Source: Trichoplax adhaerens
Taxonomy: Eukaryota > Animalia > Placozoa
Direction of reading: 5' to 3'
DNA length: 64,000 nucleotides
Assembly: GCF_000150275.1 (NCBI RefSeq)
Contig: NW_002060962.1
Location: 62,001-126,000, forward strand
This document shows positions 1 through 13,030 of the stretch, piece by piece. The position numbers and the translations under genes are program-made. Every line of letters starts with the position of its first letter. The stretch's first letter is position 1. The notes under the pieces were generated by a model. It was not told where the DNA came from and ran no database searches. It was given only the letters and a program-made list of their open reading frames with translations.

Positions 1-3000
1 ATGGAATAACTTGTACTGCCTCATTTAGAATAGTATCAAGGTACGAGACATCTTTCCAGTCATTTCCCTTTTGGATCTTCACAAACAACGATAGAACATT
101 TTTTAAACCACTATCAAACTTATTATGAATTGAATTAAATATTAAGTAAACACCTTTTCAAATATATTACTGTAAAAAGAGTGCATAGCATCCCCAGCTT
201 CCATAAGATAGAGTTTCTAGAAGTGAGATAGAAATTAACGATAATCAGCCATCCTTAGCAGACATAAATTCTTCGCTAAACAACTCCAAAAATTCTTACC
301 CTTATATTTTCTAAATGTGAAAATAGCTTACAATCATCTCTTAAAATATCTAGTAAATGTCGACAAGCCTAATAAAATAAAACGATCACCGATATAATGG
401 TACCAATGCAAATGTGAGCAATTTTAAGGAGCATACTTACCACTTTATATCTCGAACTTATATGAGAAACCAGGCACCTATGAAATAGCTTCTCAAAGGG
501 TTCATGGAGTAATTTCGAATCTAAAGCAACGTTAGAATCAAGACAAAACAATAGGTCCTTCATTAACAAGTAGTTAGGCATATAAATTTGCAGATATAAC
601 TTGTAATAAATGTCAAAGAGCTATTACTAGATATTTCATTACCACTTGAAATTTCCCAATTAAAGGCGGATCCAAAACTATTTAAAGAATAGATGAATAT
701 AGTCAGCTTTTATATTATTTAGAGCAATTCAATACACTGTACTAACTTAGCACTGGAATTTCCTAAGTTTCTCTGAGGAAGACGAACATTAAGAGTTTCG
801 TAGAAGTTCAGTTCTAAAAGATTGTTAGACTCAACTGTCCTTAAAATATCATTTGTTTGCAAAGAATTCCAGACGCAGACAGCATTATTATCTGATGAAT
901 TAATTTCATCCTTTTGTCGATCTAAAGGAGAATTTAAAACAATCGATATTTTCACTGTATGTAGGTACAAGTGAATTACCGCCTTTAAACCAGAAATGAC
1001 AAGTTCAGACCTTACCTGAGGTTACTATCAATTCTTTCTTAATAGTTTTAGAAAATAAACTGTATAGAGATTCGCTTTCGATAGCTGCAAAGAAAATTCA
1101 GCTTATCAAACTAGATACTTAAGAAATCAAAAAAAAATTCTAAGCAGTTTCGTACCTTTTAAAAATCGCGATTTTCTGTTACTTGATAACATACCAGCCT
1201 ATAAGATTAAAAAGTTTCGCATGTTTTCTAATACATAAAGTTATAAATATATTGAAAAAGTGATACAACTCACATGAATGATAGCGTAAATAAGTTCAGT
1301 TGATTTGCCCATCAGTAACATCTGGTTTACAATATTTTGTAAAAAGGCAGGTACCCAATTCTCTGAAAAACTTGAATCTCCAGAGTTACTGTCTGATCTT
1401 ACACTCAATGCTGTGAACCAAAATTTCGCATCATTAACTTTAACGGCACGATCTCTGTTTAAGATAGAAGGATATAACATCTCAGAATAAGTAATAAAGT
1501 TAAGCTTAGTTGAAAAAAATGATTAAGACCGAAATTTTTATATTTTCTTAAACCTGACTATGAAAAATTCTTCTGTTGGATCATTTAATTCACCAGTTGT
1601 AATCCACTTTTCTATAATTTTTATATACGGTCTAACAGTATCGTGTATTATAGGCAAGAGTAAGCTGACCTGGGTAGATTAAATACAGAAAGTCAGTTAT
1701 TACTGACATCTTCTGTCATATGACTGGATCACTCGTCATGGATAAGAATTATTTTACAAAATAAAAGATGAATGTATGCCATATTATATACTGTACTGTA
1801 CATTTATGGTACAACAAAGCTAATATCTATCATCTAATTGCAAATGTGTATATCTATTAGTATCATAGCCGTGTGACAGATTCAAAATGAAATTTCGATA
1901 ACCAGCTGCAACTATGGCGTACCAGCTTCAAACCAGAATCTCCCATGTTATCAAAATATATCAGAGCATTGTATAGGGACGATAGTAAGTGAGAAGTTCG
2001 CTTGAAGAAGAATAATGCTATTATTAGTGACGGAAAGGGTTACGATCTTTATAAATTGTCTATAGCCTTATTTACCAGTGCATTGGACGGAGATATTTGT
2101 GATACGCCGCTATCCTGAAAAAAGACAGCGATAAAAAAATTAAATTCGTCTCAAGAGTAAGAAAAATATTAAGGCTTCTCACTTCTTTGTTAGATATATC
2201 AAGGCCCTCCTCGAATAAAGCGTTAAGTGTATGAATCTAAATAAAAAATTCAAAAAGCTCGTAAGTAAATTATGATCTATATATCTATATATTGAAATTC
2301 GTACAAAAAGGTTCATTGTGCTATCATTGCCGTATAGGCAAGTCTGATCTCTATAAAAAGTTATTATTCCGATAAAGACAGATAAACACATACCAAAGTG
2401 GTTTCCACGTGTAATTTACTTGATAATTTCAGCAGAGATACATCAATATCTAACACAATTCGTTATAATCGGTAAGAATGAGTGAATAACGAATCCATAT
2501 TGGTTACTTGTCATACCTTGATTAAGAATCCTTCTTTCTATAGTAAGGATGTTGTTGTCAAAAGTCTTTAGACATAGGATCATATAAAGAACGCATATTA
2601 CTAAGCTGAGATCCCTTAAAAATCATTTCATTAAAATTGTAAATATTACCTTTAAAAACTCGGTCAGAGTTGCAGCAAATGCGTGATAAGTTAAATTGAG
2701 ATTTTTATCACGTTTCATTGTAATAGATTCAATAAAATTCGATACTTTTGCTCTAATATTTGCTATTTTCGCGAAATGCCGTAAAATATTAATTAAGCTA
2801 ACCTACAATACGTTAAAAAATATAACTTTTAGCAATAGCATCAATTAAAATCAGTGACACACAAAAATCAATGCTTTTACATACAGGAGTTAAATGGCTA
2901 ACTTCCATATCCGGGTTTACGTCAAAGTAGCCATCGCAAAATTTATATACAAACAATTTTCTCACACCACGAAGCATCCTGCAGAGTTTACACGTATGTT

Positions 3001-6000
3001 AGTATCCTATCGTCACAAAATTAATATGTACAGTAGCTTCACAGTTTGTCAAACAGCAAAGGTTTGAATATGCTGGTATATACGCGTAGTACATACTGTA
3101 AATAATCGGTAAAAGTCGCTACAATTACATTAATAAAAAGTGAGTCTGTCAGTTAAGATATATGAGTGCAATATTGGAGCATTCGACATATGATACAGTT
3201 ATGTAGAGACGACTTACCAAAGTGTTTCTCTGACGACCTGGTATTCCGTCACAACGACTTTCGTATGAGGTCGATATAATTGCAATTTACTAGCAATATA
3301 TTCATCCCTAGAGATAGTATTGAAATTAGCAACCAACTTTATTCATTTGATAGCACACTATTCAGTAGTCAATAAACAAGGGGTTAAAATTGGTGATTAT
3401 TCTTGATATACCATTCGAAAGCTAGAGTACAGTCTCGACAGTGAGAGGTTTTGATACGGTTGCGGATTTGCTTAGGATCTGGTGTGCAATTCCAGTAAGC
3501 TTGTACTAATTGTGATGTTACATTATCCTATTTATGAAATAGACATGATTATTTCCATCCACGGAATATATGCGAACATATTGGTATACAATCAGATTTG
3601 AAATAGAGCAAAAAATTTTACTTACCAGCAAATTTAGCCTCTCAGCTACTGCTGACTGAGACGTCTCTTGCGCTTCAGAGTTTATCTTATCCTTATCAAC
3701 CTAAAGCAGAGGCGGGTAGTTATTATGTTTAGACACAGTACACGCATCACTGCAAGCACTACACTATTTAAGTCTGAGGAAGGCAAAATTTATCTTACTT
3801 CGTCTGAAAATCTTACAGTTGCGTCATCGTTTACCTGAATTGATGAAATACATTGTTACGCATAAGCTATACCAATAAAATATGAATAATACAGGAAATG
3901 AAGACTCTATCAGACATTAAGCTATTGTAATTACAATGTCCCTATCGATATGCAAGTGAATATTAGGACGATATTCTCCTTCCATTAAATACTTTGGCCA
4001 GTCAATTGTTTCTTCATCAGTTGGTTCTTTCGTATCTTTGTAAGCAATAAAATAAAGTTTAATCTCTTTTTTAAGAAAGTAATAATTACATGAATTGTAC
4101 ATTCAGTGTACAGTGTACAACGGCGCAAGTTTTGAATCGTACAGTACATACTTGCATAAAAATTCTTTATAAAGATTCAACATATACCTCCTAGCGAATT
4201 ACTTTCTCTATCAATCTTAAGCATCAACAGGCAGTTTTGTAGAAATTTTCTACTTTGTCTTAATACTAATTTTGTATCATTAGCATCCTTTATTAGTATG
4301 ATAATGGAGGTATACTATGAGATTATGGCTAATAATATCTTAGAAATGTAAAATAATAATAATGGAAATGCAAACGTGTTAAATTAACATTATTTGATGA
4401 CTATCAATCGCTTTTTAAATTTTGTACGAAATTTCGCATTTCTACGGGTATGCATATCATAACCTGTAGAGACTATGATTTTCTCGATGTTGGTCTGCCC
4501 TACTTAATACTGCTACTCCCTAGATTTGAAACTACTAACACATAGCTACTAATGCGAAATATAATCAAGTAAACGTAGATCGCGAACCATGTACTATACA
4601 TTACAAAAAATCAGCTATTGTAAGTAGAATGCTTGAGTATCACCGCTTGATCGACTAAATAACTCACTAGGATTCAAGGAAATTTTGTCATTACGACAAA
4701 CTAAAAGATGTCATATAATATGTCAAGATTCTAACATCCTTACAATAGAATCTGTAATGCCTAGTCTAAAGTATTAATGCTTTCCTATTGCAGCATTTCA
4801 TTGAAACTTGAGAGGATGCTAGTAGGTGACTTATAAAGCTATTTAATCAACCAATAATTAATGTGAGTATTTAATATTTGTATAGAAATCAGTATTATGA
4901 TATTACAATTTGATAGGAATACATAGACACCCATATAAAAAGAATGTACAGCCTATTATTTTTGTCATTAACTGCTAAGAGGTTGTTTGGATTATCCTGC
5001 ATACCTTGCTGGCGTAATAAGATGGTTTCACGATCCAGTGTAGGGTTATTGGCACTATTGAGTAGTAACCATATGATGGAATAGTGGAAATCGCTCTAGA
5101 ATTAAATAATATCCAAGGAAAGTCAGACATGGCCCAATATAATTTGTATTTTTCTAATTTTGTAGGAGCTAATGTAGTATAGTTGCCTTGATATTGCCTT
5201 GAAGGGATATATTAAGAAACTGTTGAGTTTTCTCCTTTAGATAATCTCCTCTTTGTTGCTGTGAATGGATTGTAAACTTTGTACATAAGCTAAAGAATAA
5301 TCAATATTGAAAATTTTGGTTATAGATTGAAATTAACAGTTCAGATTATAAGTGCTATGGGGTAGTTCAGTCAAAGTAAACTTGCTTATACTGTAGTATA
5401 ATATAATATAATACATGCATAAATGACTTGTCCTCTCTAATCAATAATGCAGCAAGTGTTTACTGTATATGTAGCAGATTTGATTTTACGAATGGGAAAT
5501 TGTAACGATATGCAAGTCCATAAAATGATATATAATTGAATGGCAGCAGAAACACGAACATATATAACAAGAATGCGGGTATTCGTAAGGATTTAGCTTA
5601 CCCTTCTACACTCCTCTCTACTTGATGGCTATTAACATCTAAGAATCGATGAAATCTATGTAGAAAATAATAGAGATAGCGTGATTATCTACGTCATGAT
5701 TGATGATAAGATGGATAGAAAGGTACGCTATCTTTAATAAATCAATTGATGCTAGTCCCTAATTATAATAAAATATCGGTCATTGCTAGCAAGAATAGAA
5801 GGCAAACAGTGAACTTTATCACACCTAAAATTAATCAATCCGTGTTAATTCAACTACGTAAAAATATCAGTCATGACAGTACTCACAAGAATGAAAGAAA
5901 GCAGTTAATCTTACCTGAAATTTGATAATACAAAGTTGTAAGCAATCGTCCAGTTTTCAGTCTTGGGCTAGCAAATATTAAGATTATAAAAATTGAGTTA

Positions 6001-6700
6001 TCATTATAATGGAGTTTTGTAAGATGCAATCAACAAGTCGTAAACATAGTATCAAGGGCTTTGCTCAGCATAACTCTGAGTGATAATGGCGATATCGAAG
6101 TATTTACAACTATGATTGATATACAGTACTGTAGATAATTACTATGTCCTTTCCATTTCAATGACAATATAGTATCCGCTATCGAGACTTTCATCAATGT
6201 ACCTATGAGTAAGTATGTTGATGTCGAATATGTATTTGCAACTATGATTAACCAACGAGTACTGTAGGTCAAAATTATTGTTGGCTTGTTGAATTCCATT
6301 CAACCAGTTATCACTGTACACTGCATTCTCGTATACGGTATTAGACAGCAATCGATGCTACTTTTAAGAGCGACATACCTAGGTAGATACAGTACTATTT
6401 GATTATAGCTACAAATTGAATTGGATGCGTGAAGTATTGTACTAAAGATGGAGATCACAAACGCATGTTTTTACTACTTAATTGATGTGATTGAAATGTA
6501 AACAGCCCAAATTGAAATTAAACTAGGCTATCTCTAACTTGCTATTGGAATTGAATTGAAGCTAACGATTACTCGATGTAGCCAATTCCATTTTGACATC
6601 GATTAAAAGAGTTCACAGCCTCTATATTTACCTGGATTCCCGTTAATGATGAGATCAAGTCTCCCGCCAAATTTTCAAAATTAGGATGATGCAAAGCCAT
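1..6700 (-). CDS. TUBGCP5: Gamma-tubulin complex component 5, multi-exon; 3' part continues past position 1
   Basis: ATG at 6700. Spliced exons give MALHHPNFENLAGDLISSLTGIQ (6700-6632) / PKTENWTIAYNFVLSNFR / FHRFLDVNSHQVERSVEG / ...SDFHYSIIWLLLNSANNP / IDWPKYLMEGE / VVVTEYQVVRETLW / MLRGVRKLFVY / RTSHLLSSLYNALIYFDNMG / VSLLLPIIHDTVRPYIKIIEKWITTGEL / FLQNIVNQMLLMGKSTEL. These are colinear with recalled human GCP5 motifs (NFAWSNFRFHRFLDVNSH, DWGKYLME, ETQVIRETLW, TVRPYL, MAGKSMQL). Confidence 0.93.
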
Positions 6701-7721
6701 TTTGCGATTTAGATTGGGCCAAGAAGTTGACTTCTACCTACACAATGATACTATAGGTCCAGGAAAAGATTTCAACGATAGCAGCGATAGACTAAACAGA
6801 TCCAAAGGTACCATAGAGAGAGACTATAAACACCATTAAGTTGCAAAGATTGTCGCCAGAGTTGTTTCTTTCCGCTACTTTGCTAGGCCGATTAGCTCTA
6901 CTGGATAGGAAGATCCGATTTGCGCAAGCTTGATTCCACCTCCAATTGATCACTATGGTAATATACTCTGAGATAGGCATTCTATACAAGTCCCGTTTCA
7001 CGTCACTGGTCCTATACTAGAGTAGAGAGACGAAGAGATAATGTAACCACTAACCCCCCCTCCAAAGTTTAGCTCATTAAGCGTTATTTTCTCCAAAAAA
7101 ACTGGCAAAGGGATAGCTAGCTACTAGCATAGATAGTATTAAGACTCATCATTTTAACCAGAAAGTAGAATAACCAACAAGAGGCTGACTAGACTAGCTC
7201 GTAGTATGGACATTTTTGCCTCATTCTATCCATTTTTCTACAAGTATTGTGTGTTGTACTACCAGCTAATCGCAGCACTTTGCATACAGTACAGTATAAC
7301 CAGGGAGACTGTTTTGCGTATGCTGAGTACACAGGCTTCCGTATAGCATGTAAACCGTCCAATACAGTTAATATACCTAAATTTTAGTCATGATTGCGTA
7401 GCTCTATAGAGAATGGAAAACAGCCTCCCCAGAGGCAGGATACTGTTAGCAGACCCAGACAGACCTCGGAGAGGCTCGACCAGTTGCAGCATTGGCAAGA
7501 AAACGACTTGAGCTAATTGATTTCTTCTTCCCCCAAAGCTGTCATTGACTTATCGATACTATCTTGATACAGTCTCTATCCAGAATTACTCTAATTCTTG
7601 CTTTTTCTCTAAATTGGATATTGGATTGATCAATATTCTACTCGTATTAGATTGCTACAGCATCGGCTTGTGTAATATGATCAAATAGGAAAGGTTGTTC
7701 AGACACATTCACGAGCTCGTT

Positions 7722-9714
7722 ATGCCTATCGATCGAAATAGAATATCTGGTCCAGAAGAAACAGAACCAATCGAAAATGAACCTTCTCAACCTGCTGTCA
7801 GTTGGAAATTCCATATTATAGACTAGCATGGATAGATTATAGCTTAATTTGCCAAATTTCTCTTCATATTTACCTTAAAATATATCAACGCTTGCATAGG
7901 TCCTACCCCGTGGTCAACGACATGATCAGCGAAAATCTGACGAAATCAGGCCAATCTGTAATCATAAATGAATCACTTTTTATTTACGATTAATGTCGTA
8001 TTGATTATCTTGATATTGCTGAAGGTGAAATATGCGTAAAGATTACCAACTGCCTAAATTTTATGATCGTCTAGTTTGTAGAACGGGTGCTGTCAGCCAG
8101 GCTGTAGGATCTGCATATATTGAATTAAGAAATACCAAGATTATTTGTGCCGTGTTAGTTTGTTATGCCTGTATCTTCATAGTTAGACATGCGAAGGAAA
8201 TTCCTCTTTCCTTAAATTAAATTCTTCAAATCTTGTAAACGCCAACTAGTAGAGCTTAACCTTGTAGTAAAATACAAATTTAATTTGCTCCTGTTATGCA
8301 GTTATGGACCACGAGAAGTAGCCAAGAAACAAGAATTTAATATTCAGGTCGAAATAGATATCCTAACTTTGGTTATTTTTAGCCTACAGTTCAATGATTG
8401 ATAACTTTGCTGCTCCTATATGCATACTATTTAAATATAGGCTACAGTAGCCTGCGAATTAAAATTTGCTACATTTTCCTGCCGGCGTCGTCGCCGTCAT
8501 ATACAGGTAAATAAAATCCATACTGACGGCATCACTATAAGACTTTAATCACAATTTTCTACAGCAAGCGAGCTAAATATAAGCTTTACTCTATTCAACC
8601 CTACCCCATTCGTGTATATCTCTCAATTTATGAAGATGTTTATCGAGAATTGTGAAAGATCAGCAATTTCATTTGCACTTTTGGCACAGAATTTTGAAAA
8701 TTGACAATCTTATATTAAGTATTTTGTTTATTGCAAAGGATTCTCAAGAGAAGGAATATTCACAGATTATTGTGCAAGCATTACAGCCAGTTGTACGACT
8801 TGTAAGTTATCGATTAAAGGTTCAGTATATTGACTATCCTTTATGGGTAGCATTACTTGACTTCTTCAATAACCATCTCTTTAATATTAATACGCTTAGG
8901 ACAAATATCCAAAGTCACAAATTGACATCTTTATTACTGTTTTGCAAAATGATGGCAGTGGTAATTTTTACAATCTCAAACTGACAATAATTACTCAAGG
9001 AAAAAATTTAAGTATACAAGATGATAACGTGTGATTATATTATTACAATCTTATTTCATTATAGTCTTAGGTGGTGCTATTACAGCTGCTTCAGTAGCTT
9101 TAGCCGACTCTGGTATAGAAATATTTGACGTGGCAATTGGCTGTTGCTTGGTTAGGCTGATTAATTATTGTCAATATAGTGTACAGTACAACGTTTAATG
9201 TCAATAATTGACGAAATAATTCAATTTTTAGCGTCAAATAGGAGATCTTTCTTTGATTGACCCAACCTATCTTGAGGAAGAAGGTCGTCTTAATGTATGT
9301 AACCTCTACTACTTAATTTTATGGTATTTTGGATCAAGCCAAGAAAAGAATGTTGCCTTAGAGGATAACTATCAAGATCTTGATATGACTGTATTTTTTA
9401 TCATAGAATGAAGAAGAAGATGAAATAGTAACCAATGCTAATGTAACTATAGCGTTGTTGCCTTCATTGAATCAAGTATCAGCATTAATTATGAATGGAG
9501 AATTAGATGTAGATTCAACCCAAAGGGTTAGTACCGACTATAGTAATAATAGCCACAGAATTATTGTAAAGAATTTTATACCACTAGCATGGCATAAGGA
9601 TGATTTCACTTTTTTTAGATTATAAAAGATTGTCTTGAAGGATGTATAAGGATATATCCTGTTGTACGAGAATGTTTGACAAAAAGCTTAGAAGAGAAAA
9701 TGTCAAGAAATTAA
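7722..9714 (+). CDS. EXOSC6: Exosome complex component MTR3 (RNase PH-like), about 11 exons
   Basis: MPIDRNRISGPEETEP.../...DEIRPI/FCRTGAVSQAVGSAYIELRNTKIICAV/YGPRE/...CELKFATFS/...QALQPVVRL/DKYPKSQIDIFITVLQNDGS/...ITAASVALADSGIEIFD/...DPTYLEE/...ALLPSLNQVSAL/...LEGCIRIYPVVRECL...MSRN*. The N-terminal D-x-x-RI-x-GPEES-like motif and LNQV motif are typical of MTR3. Introns are GT-AG. Confidence 0.9.
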
Positions 9715-11070
9715 CTGCGATGGACCCATTCCTGAAATATTTTAAGTTTGTATACGCGCTCCATGTCGAATTTTTTTATAATTGGATTGCTAATTATGGA
9801 TACGTATAATCGACATCTGTATTATATTTATGCTATCACTTGAGGTGATACGATTAAAATACAATTAAAATCTAGGATCGCTCGTATGGTCTTATTATCC
9901 TATTAACAAGTTATAATAGCCTGACTGCTACTACATTCGGTTCATATTTTAAGATAACCACTAGTCGTCGATCACTTATATTTCGTAAAGTGTATAAACG
10001 CCTGATCTCTAAAAAATAGGAGACGTACTGTATATATTTTATTACCTGGAGATAGTTGGTAGGCTATCAGTCACTGCCATAAATACTAAAGTATAAATAG
10101 TACATTCGGTACCCAAACCATCTCATCATCAGCCTCTGTCTACTTCATATCTTGTATGTTTCATATCCTATTGCGCAAGTATTTATGTAATATTCTGTAG
10201 CTTAGACTAACAACATCCACAGAGATAAGGTGGATTGCGAGTTTGCGACAGCATCGGCAGCAATTAAGGGTTAAAAACTATTTCGGTTGTTTTAGATAGA
10301 TGCAGTATTAAATTATGTATATGCTGCATAATGATCCGCTATACCCATGTTTAGCTTTAGTTTGGCACAGTCGAGGTAAATATAATACTGCTAATAAATT
10401 TTCAAATCTCCTTCAGTAGACCTTACACAGTACAACACTACGATTTTTTGACTTGGTGAAATGACAATTATAATGATCATTAGATATTCTACCAAAATAT
10501 ACCCGTATGTGATATATTTAAAGTTAATAAGAAAATTTACCCCAAGCTGGGACATCATCTCAGACTAAGTAGGCCATACAGATTCATTAAAGAGTAATCA
10601 GCTCAGTTAAAGAGAAACCAGTTTTATTGTTCTTTTACGCTGGCGACATTTAAGAGAATGCGAAGATAGAAATTGAAGTACAAGGATAACATAAGATAAG
10701 AACGAAGTATACATTAGTTATATCGCATCGTTATATCAGCTAAAATATCTTCCACACGAATAAACAAAAACGGAATTTTAGCTCTTTAATTACATCGTAG
10801 AGCAAGATAAATACGATCGGCATCGATAGCAATAATTTTATTTAAATTCTCTGCTACCAATAAACTGTAAAGAAAAGATTGTTTGCTCGACTATCAAGTC
10901 AGCTTTATTAAGCGCAGTCACGACGCTATCATCATATACGTATCCATAGATGGCTAGTCAATACAATTTTCTACGCGGAGTGAAAAAGTGTCTTTATCAT
11001 CATTTAAAGTCTAAACAAGATCTAATTTACACAATTTTTAACTGTCTTGGGTTTCAGTTAGATTCACCAT

Positions 11071-12662
11071 TTAGTTAGGGGTTCCAACACTTTCTCGATG
11101 ATTTCGCAATGCGTTCGCATACCAATCTAATTGAGTAATAAATTTTTGATAACTGGTATTCATGTAATCATTTAGAGGATTGCCTTCTTCATCAAACATT
11201 TGATGAGCTTTGGGAACACCAAATATATAGGAGGTGCTTAAGGAGCCAATTTCCCCCAACATGCTACGCAATTGCATAGCAGCCCTCATTCCACCGTACT
11301 GTCCCATTGAATAGCAAACAATTCCGCTAGGCTTATATGAATAACTAGAAGCGCCGAAATAATCGATTAAATTGGATAGTGCAGGCGGAATACTGTGATT
11401 GTATTCAGCTGACACTAACACGATAGCATCGGCAGCTTTTAACGTCTTTTCACATTCTACCAATTTGGATGGAGCATCGGCGCGATCCTGGTAGTGAAAA
11501 ACCGGCTTAGTTAAGAGTGGAAGATCCAACTCTACTGGATCTATAATAAAATACGTATATCATGATTCAAACATTGAATACTTTAGATAATAACCGTATA
11601 CATGTAATGCAAGATACAGTACCATGAGCCAAAGCCCATGCTTGCTTGACAGATTACTCGTCATTAATAGTTAGGGCATTATTTTGAATAGATTGCTGCA
11701 ACTATTTTCGTACTTTAATGATGACAATCCTCAATAAAGCATTCTTAGCTTACAGTATATTGTATATCGTTTACCGTATAATTAGAGTAAATTATCGTAA
11801 CAGAAATGTAATGAAGGTTAATTTTTAGAATTTCCCTTCAACTTCTTGTATTGTAATTATTCTAGCTTTAAAAATATGACTGATTTGGTTGATTATAATA
11901 GTAGATTTTACTTAGTATCTTAGTATATTGTAAATCCGACTGCTTTATTAGGGTTAGAAGTTAAGGTAATCCGTAGCATAATTTTTGCTAAGAATCCGTT
12001 ATTATGATTTTATAATTCAAGCGATATATTTAGCTAATAGAATATATGTGCGCTCATTTTGATCAATAATTACAGTAGAAGTTAATATTACTTTGTAATT
12101 TGATGCAGTATGAATCCAAAACGTTGATCTTACTGAAAGAAATCGATTAAACAGTCTAAACGAGCTTAATCGATACGAATTCGACTCAGTCATTGTAGAA
12201 TCTAAGCGTGAAAACCTGCAGTCATCAATTGAATTAACCGAAAGAAATGGCATCGTCACACGCATGACGATCTATCCATACTATATTAGCTGTGATGTTG
12301 TCCATATTTCCTTCTATCAATGATATGAGCACCGGGCGAAGGATCACCCTGAAATGGAGACCTCGAACCGATTGGTTACGATGTTAGCAATATAGTAAAG
12401 TATGCAAAATGGGTCATTGCTTGGCTAATCATTATATCGTCAATTAATTCGTCATCAATTCATTTCTTCTATCAATCTCTATTTTGATGACCAGTTGTTT
12501 GGTAGACTGTGGAGGATGCGATTGCATTTGTCAATCCTTACCGAATACAGTCACGTTATGGTTACTCTCTTTCAGCTTTCTTTCAATAAATTTTGCTACC
12601 CGAAGTCCTATTCGATTTTCTCGAACTGTGCCGAGAAACATAACTACTTTTAGAGCTGTCAT
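11071..12662 (-). CDS. NAD(P)H-dependent FMN reductase / quinone reductase (flavodoxin-like FMN_red family), 2 exons, 196 aa
   Basis: Exon 1 12662-12542 (MTALKVVMFLGTVRENRIGLRVAKF...; FMN phosphate-binding loop), phase-1 GT-AG intron, then exon 2 11540-11071 with ADAIVLVSAEYNHSIPPALSNLID and YSMGQYGGMRA (EYN and GG-x-RA motifs). Total 591 nt, in frame. Confidence 0.92.
11807..12126. repeat. Dispersed ~320-bp repeat, copy A (FMN reductase intron)
   Basis: Colinear similarity to 58617-58945: TGTAATGAARGTTAATTTTTAGAATT, GTAGATTYTACYTAGTATYTTAGTATATYGTAAAYCC, and ATTACAGTAGAAG..ATATTACTTT. Confidence 0.8.
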
Positions 12663-12800
12663 GGCGTCTCTATGCTTGGCAGTAGGGCGTGATGGAATGG
12701 CTAGAGTGTGAGTTGAGTAAAGCTTCAGTTAGGCAAACGCTTCAGTAGGCACAGCTTCAGACGAGCACAGCTTCAATCTCAGCTGAGCAGTGAGCAACCG

Positions 12801-12806
12801 TTTATA
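12801..12806 (-). promoter_or_regulatory. TATA box of the FMN reductase gene
   Basis: TATAAA on the minus strand about 140 nt upstream of the ATG at 12662. Confidence 0.5.
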
Positions 12807-12922
12807 TGCAGTATGTTTGCATTGGGGTGTGACGCCTGCCGATCACATTTGTTGAGTCATGGTCTCATTGGAGATCGTTGAATCAACCTGCTGAAACTAT
12901 CCATACTGATGTACCGCACTAC

Positions 12923-12968
12923 AGTATACTGTACTGTACTGTATGCATACACTACAGTACAGTATACT
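12923..12968. repeat. 46-bp near-perfect palindrome built from CTGTA/TACAG units
   Basis: AGTATACTGTACTGTACTGTATGCATACACTACAGTACAGTATACT is self-complementary about ATG|CAT except for one C/C mismatch. Confidence 0.85.
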
Positions 12969-13030
12969 ATTTGCGTACAGTACAGTATACTGTAGTCGTG
13001 TATTAGTACTATACGGACATCGGTACAAGC

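Noticed and set aside
6030-6351. Two ORFs inside TUBGCP5 intron 1
   Set aside because: They have no recognisable domain and their lengths are within chance. Exons 1 and 2 join in frame without them.
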